This document shows positions 48,340-63,434 of a stretch of 64,000 bases of DNA, one piece after another. The DNA lies in the NCBI RefSeq assembly GCF_006345805.1, contig NC_043001.1:4588001-4652000 (forward strand), written 5' to 3'. Source of the DNA: Octopus sinensis. Taxonomy: Eukaryota. The notes beneath the pieces were generated by a model. That model saw only the letters and a list, made by a program, of their open reading frames with translations, had not been told where the DNA came from and ran no database searches. The number at the start of each line of letters is the position of its first letter. Positions within the stretch are counted from its first letter, which is position 1. The translations under genes and the position numbers were made by a program.

Positions 48340-51300
48340 CACATCCGAATCTAAACTTCAGTCGCTCATTATTGTCGGACAAATTTGGTATGTTTGAGTT
48401 TGGAGTTACTTAGATAAGCAGTCCATTAATTGATGCAAGCAATCTACCGACCTTTAAATACTGTAAAAATAGAAACTGTGGGTTTATAATTAAAATAAAA
48501 ATAAAACTACCATGACGAGTAAAGAAGCCTTTTCAAAATTATGGTACAAAATAAAACGAGAGAACAACGAATAAGCAAAATTGCAAGTTAGATTTTACAG
48601 TCTGTCAGTATTAATTCTATCATGCTATGATGATGGGTGAAACGACATCCAAAATATTTTGATTCCCTTGGTAAAATAACAATTTCGCAACCTATGTTTT
48701 TTTTCTAATTTCAGATTAAAGATGGCTGATTATTTCCCTCAAATCTATCGTTGTCGACTTTGCTTTCTTTCTCTTCAATATTGATAAATTAATTGCCAGT
48801 TGAACACTAGGGTGGCTAGAACCTTCTTATCCCCTTTCCACGAAACTGATGGCATTCTACTAAAATATGAGATCATTTAGTATCTTTGACTAATCTATCA
48901 CACAGTCGATTACTTACGTTTATTTTAGAAATTGGAAAATGGTAATCAGAAAATCCTTTTACTGATTACATAAATTCCACTGATCTGCACATTCTTTTGG
49001 TGCGAACACACTCTTCTTGAGATACCGAAACATATGTTGATAAACATCAATATTAGACTAAAATTATATCCGTTAGCTTTAGAAGTACCAACATCTGAAA
49101 AGTACGAAAGTATAAATGTGTACTTATGTATTGCAAAATATATTTCACTAGCATATATGTTGCTATTCACGACAGTAAATATTGTATAAATTACACTAAT
49201 GTGTGGACGCTAAAACAGGTACAAAATAAAGCAAACACATATGGCGAAACACACAGAGCCAACTTAGATGGGCAAAGAGTTAATAAATCCGTTTACTGAT
49301 AACTGTATTTGGAAAATAATAACAACATTTTTCTTTTATTCTTTTTTATTTTTTGGCTTTCAGTTTGTGTTTCGAAGTATGTGGACATTAATTTCCATCA
49401 AATTATGAAAACAAACAATTGCAGATTAATGAAAAATAAACAGAGATACAGTACAAATAACTATTTTATATTCAATAACTTAATTGTTTTTAATTATTTA
49501 GCAGCAAGACCCAAATAACGAAGATATACGAAAATGTAAAAAAACAAAAAATAATAAATAATACTAATAATAAACAAATGAGTAAACATTTTAATCAAAA
49601 TGGTGCAAACTTCCAAATTAAATTTACGATTAACGTTTATTTGTTTTAGAAATCTCTGTATTGGAAAGAGACCGAGGTTAATCAATATGTAAAACAAACT
49701 CTAACAGAGAAATATGTAAGCTCTGCACTTCTAAACAAATATGTAAACATCAGTTTTTATCATATTGAAAAGAAAGAGCATAAATTCCCTCAGAATAATA
49801 GCAAAGAAGAGACGAATTACTTGTTTTTTTTTTCTATATTTCGTAGTTAAGAAGTTTACTTCGCTCCCAAATGGTTTCGTATTCAATCCCACTGCACAAC
49901 ATTTGGTGCAAGTTAATTCTACGGTATTAAAATATTGCGTGGATTTCTTAAATCGAAATTGTAAATCAGAGTCCTCAAATGCTGCAACTGATAGAATTGC
50001 TGTATGATTTTGTATACGGTAAGATCTGAGTTTTCTTCTCATAAGTAAATGACATCAAATAATAAAATGCGTTATATTTCAGTTCTTAATATAAATAGAA
50101 CATTTTCCAGCGAGGATGATAGCAACCAAGCTATACTAAAACGTTTGGTTGATCAGCATGTCTCAATTGCAAACTATTTCAGTTCTTTTACTAATCAATT
50201 AGCGTGGCATTCAAACAACAAGGATAATTTTATTTAATCACATGTCAAAAGGAATGCTTTGAATTATACTTTCATACTCACCGACACTTTTCAGGCAGTT
50301 TTGAGACAACAAATTTGAATGGAAGTTAGTGCAGAGAATTCTCCCTTTTCGTTGACAAAATGGTTAATATGAAAACAAAAACATTTGAAACGATAAGAAC
50401 AAATCAGAACGCATAGTATAGAAAGGAATCCGCTAATCCAAGAGGGGTGCTTATTTTAAATGAGGTTAAACTCAATATGATACCCCGAGACTTCTACGTT
50501 GTTTCTTTCAGTGTAGCTCTTCTATTTCCAATAAAAGAGATTCCATAACTTCTTTCGATGGTATATGTTGCCCCTGTCTGTAATGTGTGCATATTCTTGT
50601 ATATCGAAATACACAAACGGAGAAATAACTAATAATTTCACAAAATAGAGAATTGCGTTACGATAACAACGTGGTTTTCTTCCTGTAAACGTATGATGCG
50701 TTAATTGTAGCTCTGGGGCAAATTTGTGGCCAAACAAGCCATTCATGCTTTCAAATTCCAGTCAGAGTTTTATTTCAAACTTAATGAAACAAAAACAAAA
50801 AAGAGTATATATATATATATAATATATATATATATAAATGTGAGTTTAGACGAGTATATTATCAGGACGAATACTGTAGTAGCTCTCAGTTATATTCCAG
50901 TTCACGGTTATCCACCCAGTAGTATAGGGGTCTATGACTGTTGAGGGTTGCCATGAACGCTCTAAAATCCTCCGATGGTTACTTCCGTCTTCACTTCTCT
51001 GGGCGCTAATAATATCTGTATTGCATATTGGCAATAATTATGACAGTACATCTTGAAGCGCCTAGCTGTTTGAAAGACCCTGAATGAAGCTACACGAAAC
51101 TATCTGCCCGGATCTATACGCAACAGCCCAAGATTCCTGCGATGGAGACACGTGTAGACCGTCATAAACATAAAAGTAGGTTCTACGGAATTGTGAAATA
51201 AAAGGAAATAAATTTTGAAGATGCACCTGTCTTCATATGTTCTACTGTCACCATTATTGCTTATATATACATATAAATGTGTAAGTGTTACGTATGCATA

Positions 51301-51918
51301 TCTACATACACGTACATGTATATAAGTGTATGCATGCATCAATGTATCTGTATATCTATGTAGATACCGAGAGATGGTGAAAGTGATATTTCACAAATGT
51401 ATATGCGGCCGTTTGTGATCATGTGTGCCTCATAAGTAATTTTAAGTTTAAAACTAGCATTATAGTCATTGCCTTATACTAAATAAAAGGTGTGAACTAA
51501 TGATTTCCAAATATCGCTGCGAGGTTAACACTATTCGGTAGACAATAAAGTAGAGACTTGTCACCACAGTTTAGGCTTCATAAAATCATTAAAGCCTACC
51601 TGTTGTTTATATGAGATGCATAATAATTATATACGCCGGCTATAAAGAAATAAATATTAGCTATCTTCTTTCCATGCCGAACTGCCTTTGTCGTCTGATT
51701 TTATCTTTGTTTTATGTCCGCTTTTTATATTTCAACATTTGCATATTGTTGAATATTGATGCGTTTCTTTGAGCGTTCGAAATATAGAATCTGCATTCAG
51801 CTCGGTTGATGGCGGAAACCATAATTATATGCCAGAAGATATTATAATCATACGGCATTATTTATCATCTGATATTTGTATAATATATATGTAGATACAT
51901 ATACAGGCATACATGCAT

Positions 51919-52001
<83 letters not shown>

Positions 52002-54057
52002 TACACTCACACATATATATACCTGAGACCAGAACGCCTCATTATGAAAGGATTGTTATACAAGTATCTAATTTCGTAGTTATAATCTCACTAAAACCAA
52101 TATTACTCGCTCACACAAACATTTTCTTTCATGTAGGTAACAATAAATTCATTGCTATGAATTTTTGGATTTAACGCGCATAAGTTTTAAATGTAGAACA
52201 TTTTCAAGAGATAAATCGTGTTCTATGCATATGCATACGTTTAACAATTCCTTAGTTGTTTGTGTTCATTTGGAACTGCTATACATTTTTTGTTGTTTTT
52301 TGCAGTAATTCCTCCGATTATCGCGGACAGCAGCGGAGCTAGTATATAGTCACATGCACATTGATAAATATACGAGTTTTGAAAGATAATGTTTGATATG
52401 ATTTTATAGAAACCTCTCAGATTCCAAAGTTTATAGTTAACTAATTCTGAATTTCATAGTCACTCGGTGGATATTTACTAAGTCACGAACTTCAATTTGT
52501 TGCAAAATTTCGTACCCTTATTCAAACAATTCCATTGCTTTCTCAATTGAGCTCAGAAGGTTATTAATATATCTAATGATTGTTGCTATGCTAACCATTT
52601 CATTAATTTATACTCAGTGTATGTTTATTACAACACAGCATCAATCAGTAAAATCTTTAACTACCTCACTGTGTTATAGCTTCGTTCAAGTTCTTTGTAT
52701 CTAAGCAGGACACATGGAGAATAGAATTAATGAGGGAATATCTATTATCCACGGACTCCAAATGGTTTCCGTGAATACTTCTGTGGAACAGCATACCGCC
52801 TTTGTTTATCAATATCAATATCTCATTCATTCTGCCTGACATCCCCACACGTCTCGCAGACAGGCGTTACATCAATTAGTATGGATATTTTGCTATTGAG
52901 CTCATACAATTTTCCCTTTGTTTTATTTATGTAAAATTCAGTCTGAGCAGGTAATTGTGACATTTATTCACCTGAATGCTTGAAAACAATTTTTTTTGAG
53001 CATGCAGCCATTAGATGGGCACTCGACTGAGATGGCCAGCGCCTAACTATGACCTTCATGGAGATACAACAGAACAATTAAAGAAATGAAAAATTATGTT
53101 ACAAAATTTTAGACTCTACGAATGGAAATTTAATATATAGAAAATAAATCTTTGTTTTATCATTTCGGAAGTTGATTAATATTGGTAATTTTAATGAGAA
53201 AAAGGGGAAAAAATGAATTAATATACATTACATTGGAGCTGTTGAATAAAATATCAACATAATTTCATTAAAGTTTCCTAACATTTGCAATTGAATGTTG
53301 TTTTTCGTCTGAGAATAAACAAAAGTTGGAAAACTAATTTGGAAATTAATATGGAAATAAAATATCCAGTGGAATTATAGTATAAATTTATTCTCTGCTT
53401 GAGAAGAGCAATTTCAATATAACTAAATTTCATGTGCTTTTGCGAAATTCTTCTACATGATTCTCCGCTGCAGAAATTAAATTACGAGGTCTCTCACCCC
53501 TCATTGTTCTACACTTGTCTGCAGAAAAGAAGGATTCCAGATTACGATATATTAAGTAAAGCACAACCATGAACTGTTGCGTTACACTATAATGTGATTC
53601 AAAATAAGAGACGTAGTTTTAAAGAAAACTTCTCATGCAAGTAACTTTCGGATTGTGAAGATAGTAAAATTGTTCGCTAGAAGCAATTATTAAGTCTACA
53701 ATAAATACGAGTACCGGAACATTGCCTCCATTCTCTGAGTATGAAATGAAGCAATTATCTAAAGAATTGTAAATCTGGTTTCAAATTTGAAAACCATCTA
53801 GAGTCCAGAAGTTCTACTGAAAAGCAGAGTGTGAGCTACAGGAAACTGTTTGACTCTGCATAAGATGCATTTTTTCGAAGCCTTAATAATACAAAATAAA
53901 TACATTGAACATATTATTTAGATGTTTTATAAATATATTTTGCCAAATAAAATTGAAGTCATATTTTCCTACTTTCCGTACATTAAATATGCTGGCTTCA
54001 TGATTCCGAGGCACATTTCTTGTGTGTTCTGCCAGCTCACCGCCTTAATATAATATA

Positions 54058-54401
54058 ATACTATAATATAAAAAATGCGATTGCCAGTGTGTCAGTATGT
54101 CACACTTTTTCAACTTTACTTGTACATATCACACCATTTTAGAAACAGTTTGACTCTGTGTGTAAACTAAAATATTCCGAGCCGAATCCGGACCTGCAAT
54201 CCTGAAATTTTGGATTCATCTGTTTTCATCTCTGTAATTGTTTCCGGCGATTTTGTTTACATGGTTTTTGGCGACGAATAATTTCATCATTGGGATATGA
54301 TTCTGGAGCAAGCATTTGCAACAAATTCTTAAAAACAACTCAGTTGCTTAAAAGCTATATACTAACCTAAAAGCCGCCTGAAAGAGCGGCATTTAAGCTG
54401 G
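54058..54401 (+). mobile_element. Possible non-autonomous Helitron-like element
   Basis: 5' tactataatataaaaaatgcga...gtgtcagtatgtcac. 3' hairpin GCCGC (54373-54377)/GCGGC (54386-54390), then CTGG|T at 54398-54402. The canonical 5' TC is not evident. Confidence 0.35.
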
Positions 54402-56632
54402 TAGATTATATGTCATAATTCTACTATTGTGAATTTCTCCGCTGGTTGGTTTCTCTCCCTATAAAAACATTCCCTTTCGCAAATATTTTACTTACAGTAA
54501 TTCAAATTTAAACATGGATTACATTATCGTTCAGTTACTTGGGGATTCCACAGCCATGAAACATTCCAGGTAAAGCAACAAAGATGAGATGAAAGGATGG
54601 AGTTATCCTCAAACTATAAACTCAGTCCAGATAACTGCTGCACTTTGGTTTACTTCTTAATGCAATCAAGGTGCCAGACCCAGCTTCAGGTAAACAGGAA
54701 ACGGTTTAAGTATACTGGTCAGAGTAATTATAAGAAGACGTTTCCTTCGGTACGCTTTCATTTTCGTCAATCAAATGTCTTGGTTTGGAACCATTTTATC
54801 GACCAGAAAATGATGAAAATGATTTCAACCTATAGCATAATTATTCAGAAGAAATGCAATGGAATAAGTTTTACCTGTTCTCTGATAACTCAGGTGTTTA
54901 CTGCGTCAGAATTTGTATTCTATTCTTAGGTTACAGCTGATTCGTAAGTACTTCTACATTTCATCGTTCGCTCTATAATACACATTTCATTCTCCTCATT
55001 GACACCTTTATTCGTATTAACATGTTTTGTATATTCAACGCTTTTTCCCAAGATAAGTTTTAAACTACCAGTGGACACCACGTAGATAACCATGTTTTTC
55101 CAAAAGTTAAAGAATATAAAATTTGATAGAACGGAGGGTCAATTTCTTGACCTCTGAAAAAACAAGCAAGATGTAGTTGAAACATTTTATTCAAAGGTTA
55201 CAGCAAGTTCATAGCTATACGCTAATTCTTCAAGAATACATTACAATTGAAAGGAAATTTAAATCTTTAAATAAGATGTATGATCATTTATCCACGTTGT
55301 CATTACATGCTGCATAAAAATGTGTAATTGAATTATTGGGCATTAATTGAAACGGCTGCAAGAAGCGAAGATGGCCAATTTTTAACACTAATTGATCATT
55401 AACCGCCTTATCTTCACTTACTTTCCTTCCTTTAAATGGATGTAAACTATATGCTTTGAATATACCTATTGTTTTAAGAGAATTTCATTCCCCCAAAATA
55501 CGAGGTATCGAACCAGTGTTTCCTTGGATGCAGCCATCCTTTGACGGGGTTAATATATCCTCTAAATAAATAAATAAATAAACAAATGTGTGTCTGTGTG
55601 GTTTGGGATATATTAACATTAGATACGAATAATGTATAAAATGTTATGGTAAACATATTGAATTAGATTTATCATAATCCGTATATCAGATTCCTGACAT
55701 GAATATTATTATCATATAACAACAATAATTTTAAATTGTAGAACCTGATTTTACTTCTCCCGAATGTCATTCTGCCGGTATATTTGGAAGAAGTAACACG
55801 TAGGGAATAATGTGTAGCTGACATGTCGTCAATTATATTTTCAACAATGACGTTACCCTACATCCTACCAGTATTGAAAGATCATATCATCATTACTTTC
55901 GTTTTTAAAATGTTTTGAATATGTTTTATTCTTCTATTCCAGAATAATATTCTTTTGTATGTTTTAAGCGCATAAATCACCTGTGAGGCAGAACTAACAC
56001 CCTCAGAACATCATTATAAATATATTGAAATTCCTATGGATTCTGATTCACGTGAATTCCTAACATTTATTTCATATCTTCTATGTCATTCTTCGGATTC
56101 TAATAACGCTTAAAACAGAATCAATATATATTTTATATACGATAATCTCAAACATCGAGTGTTTGTTAGCTAAACAAATTCTAAAACATATCTTCACTGC
56201 AGAAAATTCTTGAGGAACAACAACTTAAAAAAGTAAATTACCTACTAAAATATATAGATTCAACATACATCACGTGCCCATAGTCCTTGTATCGCTATAG
56301 TTCATCTTGCGTCTTCATTGGTTCGATATCAGATCCCATCGCAGCAAAATTGCCCTCGTGTTTCCTAATATAACTAGTAAATTGGTTGCGCATAGAAATG
56401 TTGTCCTGCGATATCTTCAATGCATCTTATTAATCGATGACAAATTGATATTATCTCAAAGCAACACCGCGTTATTCGCCCATTTTATGCACGGTAATTT
56501 TCTAAGTAAATCTTCTTACAAATTTCCTTAAAACTATAATGGACTGAGAAGTGACGAAAGGCATTAATGTTTATAGAATTGACAGTTTTTTTAGTTCTTC
56601 AGATACCCAAAAACTTTGAAGTCTTTATAAAA

Positions 56633-56744
56633 AAAATAATAATAACAATGATGACGATGATGATGATGATGATAATGATAATAATGATAATAATAATAAT
56701 AATAATAATAATAATATTACTAGTAATACTACTACTACTACTAT

Positions 56745-56820
<76 letters not shown>

Positions 56821-56835
56821 TAATAATAATAATAA

Positions 56836-56866
<31 letters not shown>

Positions 56867-56925
56867 AAGAAGAAGAAGAAGAAGAAGAAGAAGAAGAAGA
56901 AGAAGAAGAAGAAGAAGAAGAAGAA
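56633..56925. repeat. Compound trinucleotide microsatellite (ATG/AAT/ACT/AAT/AAG)
   Basis: Direct reading. Confidence 0.98.
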
Positions 56926-59900
56926 ACCAGTAAGGATGAACGCGATACACTCCCTAAACTCCGCAACTCTAACCAAAATATGAAAATAATTGGTAAAATC
57001 CTGCTTGTATTTAAGGATATAATTTCAGCTAATGATGTTGATATCACAAACCTCAACCACCTATACTATGCATCCGCGAAAATCTCAACGATCCTATGTG
57101 GTGAAAAGGTTAGAACACGGCAACTTTCCCACAAAAAGCCTTCTTGGCAAGAGCGTATCCAACAACAAATTAAAATAGTTAGATCTGACAGTGAATATTT
57201 GAAAAACCTTAAGGTTGACAAGACTACCAAACCTACAAAAACCCAAAACTTAATGAAAAAATATAATATGAAAACTATACTTGATATTGATGCCACCATA
57301 TTAACAATCAAGCAAAAGGTATCTGCTAAAGCTGCCCGCATAGCGAGGTATGAAAAGCGTGTTAGATAATTCAAGGACAACAACATGTTCAAAAATAACC
57401 CCAAAAATGTTTACAGGGAGATAGGAAAAACAGCGTTTACTGCAAGGTCTGTACCATCAAAAGAAGAAGTGCAGGGATTTTGGAATAAAATCTGGGCAGA
57501 AGAAAAAACACACAACGAAAAAGCCCCCTGGATTGATAGAATATCTATAGAACTGGACTCCTTAGAAGAGCAAAAGTGGGAGGGTGTCAAGGTAGATGAT
57601 ATAAGATCTGCTCTCAGGAGGTCAAGCAAATGGAAGTCTCCAGGAAAGGATAAAATTCCTAACCTCTGGTTGAATGCCTTTCCCAGAGAGGCATCAACTG
57701 CTAACAGAACTGTACAATGATGTTTTGCAACACCCTAGTAGGATGCCTCCTTGGCTATTTAATGGGTTAACATTCCTGCTTCCAAAAAGTGAAGAAACAA
57801 ATGAACCAAAAAACTATAGACCAATAACCTGCTTAACAACTATGTATAGAACGCTAACATCTGTCCTGACGGAATATACCTATAGTTTTTTAATAGACAA
57901 CAGCATATTCCCTAATGAACAGAAAGGATGTAAACGTGGATCCTATGGTTGTAAAGATCAACTACTCATCAATAAGATGATCTTAGAAGATTGTCACAAA
58001 CGACACAAAATATTATCAATAGCCTGGATAGACTATAAACAGGCTTTTGATAGCCTACCACATAGCTGGATTAAGAAATGCCTGGAAATGTATAAAATAG
58101 CGCCTACTGTGCGAAATGTTTTGTCTGTAAGTATGAGATCATGGAGAACCACACTAACTTTGAACAGTGACAATGAATCTATAAATGCTGGATGTTGTTA
58201 AAATTTAATGTGGCATTTTCCAGGGTGGGTGACTCACTATCACCACTCCTCTTTTGTTTAGCCTTGATTCATCTCTAAAAATTGCTCAATGACGTGCAGT
58301 GCGGATATAAAATGTTTGATAAAAATATAAATCATCTCATTTACATGGATGATTTAAAGCTCTTTGCAAAAAACGACCAACAACTCAAGAACTTACTAGC
58401 GATTGTTAAACAGTGATGACATCAGAATGCAATTTGGCCTCTATAAATGTGCAAAAGCTACATTTATCAAAGGAAAAATGATAGAAACATCTAACGTTAA
58501 CTTTGACCAACAGAATGTCATAAAAGAATTACACCCAGCGGAGAGCTACAAGTACCTAGGGGTAATTGAAGGGGACGGAATAAGGCATTCAGTGATGAAG
58601 GAAAGGATCAGGAGAGAATATTATCGCAGAGTAAGAGCAATACTCAAGACAGAGCTGATTGCGAGAAACAAGATCGAAGCGATCAATGCTTTAGCCATAA
58701 CAGTCGTGACTTACAGTTTCAATATCGTTAACTGGTCAATTACTGAAATATGTAATCTTGACAGAAAAATACGAAAACTGTTGACACTGCATAGAATGCA
58801 CCACCTTAAGGCATATATAGAACGACTTTATCTGCCAAGAAAAGAGGGAGGCCGTGGATTTTAACAACTGGCAATAACAATGCAGATTGCTACAATTGGC
58901 CTAGACACCTACCTGAAACACTCTGAGGACTGGATGTTAAAACTTGCCTCAAAACATGAAAACAAGAAAGCATCATACTCAGTAAAAAAACAGGCAAAGG
59001 TATACCTAAGTGAATTCCGAATACAACCAATTTCGGAATTAGAGATAGACATACAAAAAAAAGCACAGAAAAAGCTAGGCGCATGAAATCCCGTGCCAAA
59101 ACTGCGGCCTTAGATACTCTGAATGATAAATGGCAAGAAAAACCTCTGTATGGCAAGTACGCAAAGAGAGCGAATAATGCAGATGTTGACAAAACCCTGG
59201 CACATCAGTGGATAATGGCCTCTGGCTTAAAATCTGAAACAGAAGGGTTCATCATAGCAGCTCAATATCAATGCCTACAAACAAGAAACTACCAGGCCAA
59301 CATATTAAAGAACGGCAGTAGCCCAACATGTCGTGTATGTCGACAACAAAATGAAACCATGTTGTCTCCAAATGCAGTCTTCTAGTGCCTACAGGCATGA
59401 TAGAGCTGCACAATATATTCACTGGGTAATTTGCAAAAACCTGGATTTGCCCCATGAAAAAAATTGGTGGGAACACAAACCACCTCCAGTGCTTGAAAAT
59501 GACCACATCTCACTCCTCTGGAACTTCATCATTCAAACTGACAGAACGATAGATTCAAATAGGCCAGACATCATATTGAAAGACTTCAGACAAAGAACAT
59601 GCCTCCTCATTGATATGACTGTCCCAATTGATATACACGTATCTGTCAAGATTTACCAAAAACGTGAGCAAATATAAAGATCTTGATATAGAAATCAGCA
59701 AAATGTGGAACATGAAGACTAAAACAATACCTGTTGTCATAGGTGCCTTGGGAACGATAGCAAAAGGGGCTGATTGCTACCTAACTCAGATACCAGGAAA
59801 CCCGAAAATGGCAGAATTCAAAAGATAGTGCTCATGGGAACTGCTCATATCCTATGCAAATTACTTTCTATGTAATCTCAATGTTTAAAACAAACATAAT

Positions 59901-60074
59901 TTTCGGTTCTTCTTTTTTTTTAGACATTCACTAGTACAACACCAAAAAAGAAAAAAACAATTATATGGCACATTAGGCATAACAACAACATGAACTTCCA
60001 ACCTGTTGTCTCTTGAGGGCTGTGGGTGAGACTTGGAGCCAACTTGTACAAATATAAAGCAAAAGTGAAACATA

Positions 60075-60075
<1 letters not shown>
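56926..60075 (+). mobile_element. 5'-truncated R4/Dong-clade non-LTR retrotransposon (RT + CCHC + restriction-like endonuclease), frameshifted
   Basis: KNYRPITCL, QKGCKRGSYGCKDQLLINK, AWIDYKQAFDSLPHSW, QG-DSLSPLLF, YMDD (58342-58353), YKYLG, LYLPRKEGGRG, CRVC...RHD, RPDII...LIDMTVP, VVIGALG. Stop at 59873-59875, 3' UTR, then (AAT)n. Confidence 0.93.
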
Positions 60076-60125
<50 letters not shown>

Positions 60126-60277
60126 GAAGAAGAAGAAGAGAAGAAGAAGAAGAAGAGAAGAAGAAGAAGAAGAAGAAGAAGAAGAAGAAGAAGAAGAAGA
60201 AGAAGAAGAGAAGAAGAAGAAGAAGAAGAAGAAGAAGAAGAAGAAGAATAATAATAAGAAGAAGAAGAAGAAGAAAA
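60076..60277. repeat. (AAT)n(AAG)n microsatellite
   Basis: Direct reading. Confidence 0.98.
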
Positions 60278-60464
60278 AGACACATTTGACACAAACACAC
60301 AAAAACACACATTTGACAGCGACTAGACGTATTCTTCTGTGCTCTGAATTCACCGAATTCACCGGAACACTAATACAAACCAGCAAATTATCTGAAAATT
60401 AACTCTCAAAGACTGAATTATCTGCAATTTCTTGTGAGTATTTAACATTTTTCTCAAAATAATA

Positions 60465-60885
60465 TGAAAAACTTATATATCTACAGTTTTCGAAGTGTCA
60501 AACGATCGTCTTAAAAAACTTCAATATCTACAACTTCTGTGAATACCTATCATTTCCTCTCTCCCTGAGTATTCGAAAATATAAACATCCTTTTTATTCT
60601 AAGAACACCTCAGTTTTCTTTGTTGTGATACACGAAGGATAATTTTTAGTAAATTTTAAAACTTTAATATCAAAAATTTTCTGGGAAAAATTTACCATCC
60701 ATTTCTTTCCTTTCTCCCTGAGTAATCGGTGATATAAACATCCTTTTTATTGCAGTTTCCTCTGATCGGCCATACAAACGATTATGTTCAGAAAATTTAA
60801 AAACGTTAATATCTACAATTTTCTGTGAAAATTTTACCTTTTTTTCCCCTTACTGCTCGAATATATCAACATACCTTTTATTGCA
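60465..60885. repeat. Degenerate tandem repeat with ~130-155-bp unit
   Basis: Recurring aaaac(t/g)ttaatatc(t/a)a(c/a)aa...ctccctgagta...ataaacatcctttttatt at about 60513-60598, 60658-60751 and 60800-60883. Confidence 0.65.
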
Positions 60886-61063
60886 ACAGCACAAATGTAC
60901 CATACAAATTAAGGAAATAAGACCCTGCTAATATATACAAACTGCACAATTACGAAAACTATAAACCACAGCAAAACTTATAAAAAGAACAGAAAAATTT
61001 CAAAAAAGAAATATTTTAATATTAAGAAATTCAAACATACAACGTTATAAACATCAGTATATA

Positions 61064-61325
61064 CAGGGTGTTCAAAATGTTTCTCCGCAGTAAGTATTTT
61101 TTTCCAAAATAAATATTTATAAGATGGTATAAGACTACAAAAGAATATATATGAGATCTTACAAAGCTTTAAAAACCTTTATAACGCATGTTGGCAGTGT
61201 CGTCCTTCTTTTTCAATACACAAGTTCACTCTTCTACTCATAATTTGAAATATATCTTGTAGAGTCTGATACTTGGGGAATCAGGATGAAAACATTCATT
61301 GCAGGGAGACTTTTTGAAGACCCTG
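61064..61325. mobile_element. Tc1/mariner-superfamily MITE (262 bp)
   Basis: TA-cagggtgttcaaaatgtttctccgca ... tgcagggagactttttgaagaccctg-TA; ~26-bp imperfect TIRs. Confidence 0.85.
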
Positions 61326-61859
61326 TATATATATAATATTATTTTTCTATCAGTAATTAAAAATAGGACAAGGTGAATTTCTTCTTTGCAAAGCCAAGGT
61401 CAGCGATCTCATTGATCGACTGCAGTATTAAACTCATTTGACCTCTGCTGACCTCAAGGGCGTGATGCTCCTTTTGCCTGATGATCGCATAGGCATGCGA
61501 AGGCCAATTGTTGATCTCCTCACCATCTGCCGGATCTATTTACAGATCTGTGGAATTTGTTCTATTCACCGAGCTGCTTCCCTTTCTTCTACTATTCTCT
61601 TCAGCGTTCACCCACGATTATCTCAAGTACCAGAAAAATGTCGAAACTAAACAATATTTAATAATACCACATAGTAGTAGAAGCAAGGACGGCAGATTTT
61701 AAAATAAATGAAGATCATACTATCACCATCGCTACAACTGTTAGCCACAACGATACAGATCAAGTCACTATTGGGGGTAACTAATGATGAGCCAAACTGT
61801 AATAGCAAGGTTAAAGTAAATGTAACTGCAATATTGCGGTGTCCACAATAGTTTCAGGC

Positions 61860-62620
61860 ACAAAAACCATCTCTAAATCTGCCACAACACAGGCACAAAA
61901 GAACTCGAGCAGGAACAAGCTTACAAACACCTTGGAATAAATGTGGTCTCAGGCTTTCAACTTGTAAGTATGAAAGAGATCATGAAGTAATGTTACAGGA
62001 GAGCTCGAGCAATCCCAATATCCGAGTTAAATGCACTTAACAAGGTGTCAAGTATAAATTCCTTTGCAGTTCCGCTTGTCATTTACAGATTCAATGTGTT
62101 GAAATGGAAACACGTATGATTGACAGGAAAATCTGCAAGCTGCTGACTTGCAATAAGATGCACCACTTAAAAGCTGACGCAAGTCGTCCTTACCTATCCA
62201 GAGATGAAGGAGGTCGAGGCTTGATCTAACACAAAATCTTCTACAAATCCAACATAATTGGACTGGCTTAAATATCGTGAAACATTTAATGATTGGATGC
62301 TAAAGCTCGTTGAAAACCATGAAAGGCGTACGAAGCTTCATTCTTTTATGAGGGAGATCAAAAATATTTCAAGTGAGTTTATGCATAATACCCAGGGTGA
62401 ATAGCATGATGGAAGTGCAGCAAGTGTAATTGCAAAGAAGGTGCAATCAATAACGAAGGTGGGAACTAAAACCTCTGCATAGCAAATATGTGGTCCATAT
62501 CAAACACGCTGATCTAGACAAGAAGCACACCCATCAGTGGCTACGAAGTTTAGGGATAAAGGCAGAGAGTGAAGGTTTTATGTTGGCAGCCGAAGAGCAG
62601 AGTTTACTGACACGGAAAGA
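61860..62620 (+). pseudogene. Degenerate R4/Dong-clade fragment (second subfamily)
   Basis: ELEQEQAYKHLG, IDRKICKLLTCNKMHHLKAD...YLSRDEGGRGL and HQWLRSLGIKAESEGFMLAAEEQSL parallel 58500-59290. Confidence 0.85.
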
Positions 62621-62659
62621 ATTAGCTGTCCACAGCCAGTTAACTAAAGTGACACTTGT

Positions 62660-63110
62660 TTAATGGTCATACTTCAAGAACTCTGCGAAAAATTCCTGCA
62701 CTCCCGAGCATTGCACACTTACACCAATCTCTTCTAGCCATGATGGTAGTTGAGTGATGATATCTTCAAGTGCACCAATTACTATTGTTATCCCATCTGC
62801 TCTCCTCCTTGACCCTAACCATCGTATTTCCCAAATTTGATCGTCATAGGTGCTTATTCTTTGTTCTTTCATACTGATTCTCTTGTCACTGGGGCATGCT
62901 ATGTCGATTGTCATACATGTTCTTTCGTTTTTATTCACCACAATAATATCCGGTTTTCGATGACTGATCGGGTGACCGCACTAGATACTTGCATCTCAAA
63001 GAATGTTGCAATTCTCATATTCGGTGATTCCTTCAGGTGTTTCATCATACGATGTCTTCACTCTTTGCAGGCCGTAATTTTCACAGATCTCCTAATAGAT
63101 CATTCTTGAT
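62660..63110 (-). pseudogene. R4/Dong-clade RLE-domain fragment
   Basis: Minus strand ICENYGL...RKPDIIVVNKNERTCMTIDIACP...IVIGAL. Confidence 0.85.
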
Positions 63111-63124
63111 ACATTGTCATGGCA

Positions 63125-63183
63125 ATCTTTTTCTTCTTCTTTTTTTCTTCTGCTTTTTTTTCTCTTCTTCTTCTTCTGCTTCT

Positions 63184-63215
<32 letters not shown>

Positions 63216-63348
63216 TTTTCTTCTTCTTCCTCTTCTTCTTCTTCTTCTTCCTCTTATTCTTCTTCTTCTTCTTCTTCTTCTTCTTCTTTGTCTTCTTCTT
63301 CTTCTTCTTTTTATTCTTCTCCTCCTCCTCCTTCTTCTTCTTCTTCTT

Positions 63349-63379
<31 letters not shown>

Positions 63380-63397
63380 TTATTATTATTATTATTA

Positions 63398-63428
<31 letters not shown>

Positions 63429-63430
63429 TT
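63125..63430. repeat. (TTC)n(TAT)n microsatellite
   Basis: Direct reading; equals (AAT)n(AAG)n on the minus strand. Confidence 0.98.
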
Positions 63431-63434
63431 CTTC

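Noticed and set aside
51080-51115. CTGAATGA...CGAAAC hammerhead-like string
   Set aside because: Extra base in the core, no convincing stem II, and no NUH site positioned before a stem I.
56926-57000. HDV-like ribozyme at the 5' end of the R4/Dong element
   Set aside because: The element is 5'-truncated within the ORF, and I could not identify a nested pseudoknot by eye here or upstream of the 61.9-kb fragment.
61478-61510. CTGATGA followed by a TCGCAT/ATGCGA hairpin
   Set aside because: No GAAA after the stem and no stem III or cleavage triplet.
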